DNA of 64,000 nt from Minisyncoccota bacterium. Lineage in GTDB: Bacteria; Patescibacteriota; Minisyncoccia; Phycocordibacterales; JABAAK01. Numbering within the stretch: the stretch's first letter is position 1; the number at the start of each line of letters is the position of its first letter. The notes under the pieces are model-generated. The model was not told the origin of the DNA. It did not search any database and was given only the letters and a program-made list of their open reading frames with translations. The position numbers and the translations under genes were made by a program. Of this stretch, positions 57,267-64,000 are shown in pieces. Location: contig OZ244939.1 of NCBI GenBank assembly GCA_965222235.1, positions 493,942-557,941 of the forward strand, written 5' to 3'.

Positions 57267-59021
57267 ATGCCGACCACATCAGCACAATCAGCAGCACCGA
57301 AGCCGAAGAAGAATGTCGTCGTGGCGAAAAAATCCGCCGAGCGGAAAAAGAAAGACAGCATCACTATCACGAAAAACTATAAAGTGCCGGGTGAAGTGTT
57401 CAGTTTTATACCCCGCGAATCAGCCGAGCTGTACAAGATCGTACCGCTGGCGAGACGGGGGGATGTGCTCCATATCGGCACTATTGATATGTCAAACCTG
57501 GACGCCCGTGACGCGCTCAACTTCATTACCACCAGTCAGGGGCTCGACTATGCCATGCAGCAGATAACGGAGGAACAGTTTGAGACCATACTTAACCAGT
57601 ACGGTCAGGCGCACTCGGCGATGAGCGAGGCGCTTGAGCAGCTGGAAGAACAGCACGATGTCGTGCTCAGCATTGACGAGGATCAGGATGACGGCGGAGA
57701 CAATGTCATTCGCGAGGAGGCCCCCATCATCAAACTGGTGGGAACGATTCTTTCTCAGGCGGTTGATAAGGAGGCGTCTGATGTGCACATAGAGGCGTTT
57801 GAAACATTCTCAATCGTACGGTACCGCCTTGACGGCGTGCTGCAGGAGCAGCTGCGCTTTGCCCGCAGGATACACGACTCCCTCATCGCCCGCATCAAAA
57901 TTATCTCAAACCTCCGCCTGGACGAGCGCCGTCGCCCGCAGGACGGCAGGTTCGCCAGTAAAATCAGAAACAATCGCGTTGACTTCCGTGTCGCGACGCT
58001 GCCGACGGCGAACGGGGAAAAGGTGGTGCTCAGGGTGCTTGACCGGCAGCGGGGTTTGCGCGATCTCAGCGATCTCGGTCTCAACGAAAACGTGCATGAA
58101 AAACTGCTACGTGCCGTGAAACGCCCCTTCGGACTTATTCTCGCCACCGGTCCGACCGGGTCCGGTAAGACAACAACGCTCTACGCGCTGCTCAACATTC
58201 TGGACCGCGACTCGCAGAACATCGTGTCGCTGGAAGATCCGGTTGAGTACAAGATAGACGGCGTCAACCAATCAAACATCCGCCCGGAAATCGGCTACAC
58301 CTTTGCGACGGGGCTGCGCTCCGTGCTCCGCGGCGACCCCGATCAGATACTGGTCGGTGAGATTCGGGACAAGGAGACGGCGCACCTCGCTATACAGGCG
58401 GCACTGACCGGACACCTGGTGTACTCAACGCTCCACACCAACACCGCCGTCGGCGCGATATCCCGGCTCATGAACTTCGGCATTGATCCGTTCCTGCTGG
58501 CGCCGACGCTCTCGCTCGTCATCGGACAGCGCATGATGCGCCGCCTGGACGGAGAGGGCAAAGATATGCCGATCACGGGAGCGCTCTACACACGGCTGGA
58601 AACCATGTTTGAAACACTGCCGCAGCGGTACCGAAGCAGGGTGCCGGACTTCACCGCGTTTAAGGAGCCGCAACCGACCGAGGAAAACCCCGCCGGCATG
58701 CGCGGGAGAATCGGCGCGTTTGAGGCGCTGGAGATAGATGACGAAGTCCGCGGCATTATCCTCAGTAACCCGGCGGAGGCGGAAATATATGCCGCGGTGC
58801 GTAAAAAGGGATTCATCGGCATCGGCGAGGATGCCGTTATCAAAGGACTGCGCGGCATTGTGCCGTTTTCCGAGGTCGCAAAAATCAGCAACGAGAGCGC
58901 GCTGGCGGAAACCGCGGCGGATGAATTCCGCGATTCGATGCCGGATGTCGCTGAACCGGCGCCGAAGACCGCAAGCGATGACACGGATGAGAGCGGTGTA
59001 TTCACCGTTGCGGAAGCGTAG
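57267..59021 (+). CDS. pilB: Type IV pilus assembly ATPase PilB (GspE/PulE family)
   Basis: ASDVHIE, RRPQDGR, GPTGSGKTTTLY, LEDPVEY, GEIRD and TGHLVYSTLHTN motifs. Confidence 0.93.
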   Translation: MPTTSAQSAAPKPKKNVVVAKKSAERKKKDSITITKNYKVPGEVFSFIPRESAELYKIVPLARRGDVLHIGTIDMSNLDARDALNFITTSQGLDYAMQQITEEQFETILNQYGQAHSAMSEALEQLEEQHDVVLSIDEDQDDGGDNVIREEAPIIKLVGTILSQAVDKEASDVHIEAFETFSIVRYRLDGVLQEQLRFARRIHDSLIARIKIISNLRLDERRRPQDGRFASKIRNNRVDFRVATLPTANGEKVVLRVLDRQRGLRDLSDLGLNENVHEKLLRAVKRPFGLILATGPTGSGKTTTLYALLNILDRDSQNIVSLEDPVEYKIDGVNQSNIRPEIGYTFATGLRSVLRGDPDQILVGEIRDKETAHLAIQAALTGHLVYSTLHTNTAVGAISRLMNFGIDPFLLAPTLSLVIGQRMMRRLDGEGKDMPITGALYTRLETMFETLPQRYRSRVPDFTAFKEPQPTEENPAGMRGRIGAFEALEIDDEVRGIILSNPAEAEIYAAVRKKGFIGIGEDAVIKGLRGIVPFSEVAKISNESALAETAADEFRDSMPDVAEPAPKTASDDTDESGVFTVAEA

Positions 59022-59076
59022 TAACCATGTTGAAAGTGCCGCATGCGCCGCAAAGCGCATAGTATACTGACATTGC

Positions 59077-60159
59077 ATGCAGTACACTGAAGAATTACAG
59101 GATTACATCAATACCGTCATCACCCGTTCCGCATCGGACATCCATCTCATCGTCAATTCCAAGCCGCTGTTCCGGGTGAAGCGGGAGCTGACACCGTTCA
59201 TTCAGAAGGAGGTGCTGACCGAACAGGACACGCTGTCGTTCCTTGCGCTCATACTGAAAACTGACGTGAAGCAGGCGGAAACGGAAATACGGCAGCGGAA
59301 GCATCTGCTGTTCAGCTATCGCCACAAGACGATGCAGGATGCGACGGTTAATTTCAGGGTAACCGCGTACCTGGAACAGGGAAACATCGCCGTTGCAATG
59401 CGCCTCATTGAAGAGACGGAACGCACACTTGAGGAACTGAATCTTCCGCTCATACTGAAAAATGTGATGCGGGAGCCGCATGGGCTGTTTCTTGTCGTCG
59501 GTCCGGCGGGGAACGGCAAATCAACGACGCTGGCGGCGATGGTCAACCACTGCAACACCACGCAGCGCAAGCATATTCTCACCATTGAAGATCCGGTTGA
59601 GTTCATTTTTCATGACAAAAAGTCCGTCATTACCCAGCGGGAGGTGCCGTTTGACACACCGACATTCCGGTCGGGGCTGGACAGTGCCCTGCGCGCCGAC
59701 GCTGACATCCTCATGATCGGTGAAATGCGCGAGACGGCGACCATGCAGGCGGTGATGACGGCCGCTGAGGTCGGGCACCTGGTGCTCTCAACAGTGCATG
59801 CCAGCCATGCGCACGGTGTCGTGCACCGTATTGTAGATTCATTTCCGCCGGATCATCAGCAGCAGATAGCATATCAACTTGCGGAGTCGCTCCTCGGCAT
59901 CTGCTCAATTCACCTGTTGCCGCGCACCTCGGGCGGGCTGATTCCCGCATGTGAGGTGCTCTTCAACACCAACGCGGTCGCAAACCTCATCAGGGAGGGC
60001 AGGGTTGCGAGTATCAAAACGGTCATTGAAACGGGAAGAGAGGAGGGAATGATCAGCCTGGAGCACTCGCTCGCTGATTTGGTGAAACGGAATGAAATTC
60101 TGCTGGAAACGGCAAGATTATACGCGCGGGACGAGCAGGTGCTCATGAAGCACCTCTGA
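59077..60159 (+). CDS. pilT: Type IV pilus retraction ATPase PilT
   Basis: ASDIHL, GPAGNGKSTT, TIEDPVEF, QREV, GEMR, GHLVLSTVH and NLIREG motifs. Confidence 0.9.
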   Translation: MQYTEELQDYINTVITRSASDIHLIVNSKPLFRVKRELTPFIQKEVLTEQDTLSFLALILKTDVKQAETEIRQRKHLLFSYRHKTMQDATVNFRVTAYLEQGNIAVAMRLIEETERTLEELNLPLILKNVMREPHGLFLVVGPAGNGKSTTLAAMVNHCNTTQRKHILTIEDPVEFIFHDKKSVITQREVPFDTPTFRSGLDSALRADADILMIGEMRETATMQAVMTAAEVGHLVLSTVHASHAHGVVHRIVDSFPPDHQQQIAYQLAESLLGICSIHLLPRTSGGLIPACEVLFNTNAVANLIREGRVASIKTVIETGREEGMISLEHSLADLVKRNEILLETARLYARDEQVLMKHL

Positions 60160-60164
60160 TACAT

Positions 60165-61361
60165 ATGTTTTTTAAATACAAAGTCATAGATAAGGAAGGC
60201 AGGGAAGCGCAGGGGCGTATTGAGGCGTTCAACCGGACGAATGCAATCACCGAGCTGCTCAATAACGGGTACACGGTACTCGGGCTGGAGGAGGAGAAAA
60301 GCGGGCTGCTACAGATAGGGCTGTTTAACCGCGTTCGCCGGCAGGACCTCGTCATTTTTTCCCGACAGATCGCAACACTGTTTGAGGCCGAAATATCGGC
60401 GCTCCGGGCGTTCAATCTCATTGCGGAAAATGTGCAGAATAAATATTTTCAGAGCATCCTTCAGGACATCGCGAGGAATATTGAGCAGGGATTTTCCGTT
60501 GAAAAATCATTCCAGCGGCATCAGGAGATATTCGGCGATTTCTTCATCGCCGTCGTCGGTGTCGGCGAACGATCAGGAACACTGCCGCGGTCGTTTCTGT
60601 ATCTCGCCGACTACACCGAACGGAACGCCGACATCATCGCCCGCATCCGCAAGGCTCTCACCTATCCCATTTTTGTTATTGTCATGTTCTTCGCCGTGAT
60701 GATACTGATGCTGGTTACCGTCATTCCGCAGATATCCTCCATTCTCGTGCAGTCAAATGTTGAGCTGCCGGTCATCACACAGATTGTCATCACGCTCAGC
60801 AATTTCTTCAAAGACAATATCAGCATTATCCTCATCGGCATGCTCGTTGCCGGCGTTGCCGCTGTCTATTGGGCGCGCACCGAAGACGGGCGGAAGGTCG
60901 TTGATGAAACCATTGTCACCATGCCGCTTATAGGCGGCCTGTTCCGCACGTTCTACCTCGTCCGTTTTGCAAACAACCTCAGTGTCATGCTCGCCAGCGG
61001 TGTGCCCATCGTCACCTCGCTGCAGACCATCAGCCGGGTGATGGGAAACAGGATATACATGACCATGGTGATGGAAGTTGAGGAGCGGGTGCGTCAGGGA
61101 ACCGCGCTGTCGGTGGCACTGGAGCAGCAGCACCTCATCAGCAGGAATGTGACGCAGATTATTAAAATCGGCGAGGAAACGGGAAAATTGTCGCACATGC
61201 TTGAAGTCATCACCTCGTTCTATGAAAAACAGCTGCAGGATACCATTGACATCCTGCTGGACCTGATTCAACCGACCGTCATTGTCGTGCTCGGCATCAG
61301 CGTCGGTCTCCTCATCGGCTCGGTTATCATTCCGATCTACTCAATCTCAAGCGGTATATAG
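60165..61361 (+). CDS. pilC: Type IV pilus platform protein PilC (GspF family)
   Basis: FSRQIATL, GERSGTL, ALTYP, GEETGKL and IQP motifs. Confidence 0.93.
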   Translation: MFFKYKVIDKEGREAQGRIEAFNRTNAITELLNNGYTVLGLEEEKSGLLQIGLFNRVRRQDLVIFSRQIATLFEAEISALRAFNLIAENVQNKYFQSILQDIARNIEQGFSVEKSFQRHQEIFGDFFIAVVGVGERSGTLPRSFLYLADYTERNADIIARIRKALTYPIFVIVMFFAVMILMLVTVIPQISSILVQSNVELPVITQIVITLSNFFKDNISIILIGMLVAGVAAVYWARTEDGRKVVDETIVTMPLIGGLFRTFYLVRFANNLSVMLASGVPIVTSLQTISRVMGNRIYMTMVMEVEERVRQGTALSVALEQQHLISRNVTQIIKIGEETGKLSHMLEVITSFYEKQLQDTIDILLDLIQPTVIVVLGISVGLLIGSVIIPIYSISSGI

Positions 61362-61415
61362 CTTTCCCCCGGATACGGTTGTCCCCGGATGAACGGGTAT
61401 ATACTGCTGGTATAT

Positions 61416-61937
61416 ATGCAACGGAGAATAGATACAGGGTTTACGCTCATGGAGCTGCTGGTCACCATAGCCATCCTCGGCATTCTTGCCGGACTGGTGA
61501 CGGCTTCGCTTGCCGGCGAAAAGGACGATGCGCAGGACGCGGCGGTGATACTCAGCGTTGAATCAGTTGAGCCGTATGTTACGAAACAGGCATTCAGGCG
61601 CGGCAGCCTTTCGCGCTCGGAGATCTGCAGGAACGTACGCGACCAGATTAACCTTAACGACGACTATCTCAAAACCTGGACGACGACGACAATATGCGCG
61701 GGCAATGATGCCGATGAGGAGTTCGAGATATGCTGCGCATCAAGCGGTAGGGAGTGGATTGTGTGGGGACGGCTCAGCACCTACAACGATACCGCCGCAG
61801 CAGCAGAAGGTACACAGAAGGATATCTACTGCATAGACGATGACGGTTTCGGCGGAGAGGTTGACCTTACCGCGGCAGCGGCAGCGGGCGGCAGCGGGAA
61901 TTTTGCTGTGCAGGGCAGTAACCTGAAGTGCGAATAA
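61416..61937 (+). CDS. Type IV pilin
   Basis: Prepilin cleavage motif G|FTLMELLVTIAILGILA. Confidence 0.92.
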   Translation: MQRRIDTGFTLMELLVTIAILGILAGLVTASLAGEKDDAQDAAVILSVESVEPYVTKQAFRRGSLSRSEICRNVRDQINLNDDYLKTWTTTTICAGNDADEEFEICCASSGREWIVWGRLSTYNDTAAAAEGTQKDIYCIDDDGFGGEVDLTAAAAAGGSGNFAVQGSNLKCE

Positions 61938-61957
61938 AGGATATATACTGAAATCAT

Positions 61958-64000
61958 ATGCATACCGACATGCACGCAGGCGGTCGTTCCGGCTTCACGC
62001 TCCTTGAGATGCTGATCACCATATCCATCATCGTCATCATCGTCTCGGTGGTGCTCATAAACTACACGACATTCACGAGCCGCTCCGGGCTCCGCGTCCG
62101 CGCCGCTGAGGTGGCGGAGTTCATCCGGTTCGCGCAGGAGCGCTCCGCGTCAAGCGAGCTGCTGGATACATCGGATGCGGCACTGGCGCCGACGCGCGGA
62201 TTTCAAATCGTCCGGATGAAGGTGCGCGACGGCCTGCTGAACGAATTCCGCATTGAAAAGTTCGCCGGGCCATTCACAGGATTCGCTAATTTTGACACCG
62301 CCGGTTCCGGGGATGTGCCGAAAAACCGCATCACCACCCTTCCGCCGCAGGAGGAATATTTCGTTGATGTCTGCTATATCAACACGGACGGCTCCCCCGC
62401 ATATGTCAGAAAATCTTTGAAACAGGGTTCCGCGAACTGTACATCGGCGTCGCCGACATATATGCTCTGCGGCGAGCCGAACATTTCGGTGTCCGATGAT
62501 GTTGTTGCGCTTGAAGCGGCACAACGTAACAATTTTGATGTCCATTTTTCAGTTGAGCAACCGACGCGGGAGGTGCATGCGAATATCATATCCGTGAATG
62601 ATGCCGGTGCGCTGCAATATAACGCCGGCAATGTACAGCCGAACGGCCCGTCCGAACGCGAGTCGGACATATATGAAGGTGTCCGTGTCGTCCTGATCAC
62701 ACCGACCGGACTCAGGCGCAGCGTTGATGTGTACCGCACGGGGCTGATAACGACGAAGGCGGACAACACGACGGACGGCTGCGAAAGTTTGTCCCCTCCG
62801 GGGAATCTCAGCGCAAGCATCAGCAGCGGCATCGTGACGCTGTCGTGGGACAATCCGCCCGACACTTCTATCACAACCTATCAGTATCGGGTTAGCGAAA
62901 ACGGCGGCAGTTTCGGATCGTGGTCGGGGGAGATAACGCCGAGCAGGGGTACGACACGCACTGTCTACAGTTTTGCCGGGCTGGATATTGACAATTGGTA
63001 CACTTTTGAACTGCGGGCGGTGGCTGAGACGAGCACCGGACCGGAGGCGGTGTACACTCTCGCCCGGTCGTGTGCGGCAGATTCGTCGGTAACGATCGGC
63101 ACCTGCACGGGGTCACTGCCTTCCGGCAACCACGGCAACCAGGAGTCAATTACTCCGACCGGGGGCGACGGCACGGCGACGGGAACATATATCTGCACCA
63201 ACGGTGTGTGGGCTTCAACCGATGCCGGCTGCAGACCGGGACCGCAAGACGGTCAATGCGGCGAATCGGAAGATGTGTGTCTGGGGGGCACGTCAAGCAA
63301 CGAACATGTAGATGATGATGAGATATATTACCGATGGCAGTGTCTCGGGCAGAACGACGGGGCGAACGCGCCGCAGACCTGTACCGCACTGAGACCCGGT
63401 CAGTGCAACAATTCGGTACTGAACGATTGCACCACCGGTACCTCGGCTGATATAGATGACAGCACCACACACTATCTCTGGCAGTGTACCGGCATGGGGA
63501 ATCCTAACAACTGCTCCAAACTGAGGCCGGGCGAGTGTGACGAGACAGGGCAGTACGGTTGTACGACCGGCACATCAAACCCCGACGCTGAGCCGGACAC
63601 TACTACAGACCTGAACTGGCGCTGTGACGGTGATCCGCAGTCACGTCTCTGCACCAAACCGAAACCCGGTCAGTGCTCCGATCCGCTGGTATTGAACACG
63701 TGCTCTGTCGGCAACTATGCTTTTGTGAATAACAGCACCACACACTATCTCTGGCAGTGCACTGTTGACGGAGAGGATCCGACCGACTGCTCCCTGGAAC
63801 GCCCCGGCCAGTGTTCCAACCCGTCGGTGCTGAACCAATGCAATACCGGCAGTCTGAACGACATACCGGATTCTGACGAAAACCATCTCTGGCAGTGCAC
63901 CGGTGCGGGTTCGCCGGACAACTGCTCTTTGGCACGATCAAGACCCGGTCAGTGCTCCGATCCGCTGGTATTGAACACGTGCTCTGTCGGCAACTATGCT
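61958..64000 (+). CDS. Giant minor pilin/adhesin: prepilin, FN3 domain and Cys-rich repeats (runs off the window)
   Basis: Manually translated: MHTDMHAGGRSG|FTLLEMLITISII; FN3 (PPGNLSA...LSWDNP...YTFELRAV); repeated PGQC...C..G...WQC units. No stop found before 64000, so it is absent from the ORF track. Confidence 0.88.
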   Translation, partial: MHTDMHAGGRSGFTLLEMLITISIIVIIVSVVLINYTTFTSRSGLRVRAAEVAEFIRFAQERSASSELLDTSDAALAPTRGFQIVRMKVRDGLLNEFRIEKFAGPFTGFANFDTAGSGDVPKNRITTLPPQEEYFVDVCYINTDGSPAYVRKSLKQGSANCTSASPTYMLCGEPNISVSDDVVALEAAQRNNFDVHFSVEQPTREVHANIISVNDAGALQYNAGNVQPNGPSERESDIYEGVRVVLITPTGLRRSVDVYRTGLITTKADNTTDGCESLSPPGNLSASISSGIVTLSWDNPPDTSITTYQYRVSENGGSFGSWSGEITPSRGTTRTVYSFAGLDIDNWYTFELRAVAETSTGPEAVYTLARSCAADSSVTIGTCTGSLPSGNHGNQESITPTGGDGTATGTYICTNGVWASTDAGCRPGPQDGQCGESEDVCLGGTSSNEHVDDDEIYYRWQCLGQNDGANAPQTCTALRPGQCNNSVLNDCTTGTSADIDDSTTHYLWQCTGMGNPNNCSKLRPGECDETGQYGCTTGTSNPDAEPDTTTDLNWRCDGDPQSRLCTKPKPGQCSDPLVLNTCSVGNYAFVNNSTTHYLWQCTVDGEDPTDCSLERPGQCSNPSVLNQCNTGSLNDIPDSDENHLWQCTGAGSPDNCSLARSRPGQCSDPLVLNTCSVGNYA

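Noticed and set aside
1-64000. Alternative genetic code (UGA=Gly) and tRNA/rRNA genes
   Set aside because: Conserved genes end normally at TGA (ileS, leuS, mnmA, pilT), and I recognised no tRNA or rRNA by eye, though a covariance search was not possible.

Overview
This window looks like chromosomal DNA from a Patescibacteria (CPR, Parcubacteria-like) genome using the standard genetic code. That assignment is inferred from gene content: rplK without rplA, rpsF-ssb-rpsR without rplI, a short alaS, an S-layer-like protein and a complete type IV pilus cluster. Most of the window is housekeeping genes (secE-nusG-rplK, ileS, recO, rpsF-ssb-rpsR, efp, recA, ftsK, rplJ-rplL, leuS, mltG, mnmA, alaS, comF, pil genes) plus one intact IS30. 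The standout is the accessory locus at about 32.6-45.4 kb. One complete, signal-peptide-bearing, Cys-rich surface-protein gene with thrombospondin-like repeats lies beside three 5'-truncated near-identical copies in alternating orientation, each with a different C-terminal tip. The only intact leader and its putative promoter sit in a 367-bp segment between two 509-bp inverted repeats. This is the layout expected of an inversion- or gene-conversion-driven antigenic-variation cassette system, yet no recombinase gene is nearby. Other notable points are IS30 ends at an identical distance upstream of two ribosomal-protein promoters, a candidate two-hairpin small RNA, widespread leaderless-type promoters, a histidine-phosphatase domain inserted in IleRS, bacillithiol-like bshA/bshB1 genes, a diderm-style subtilase lipoprotein, and a giant pilin carrying the same Cys-rich modules.
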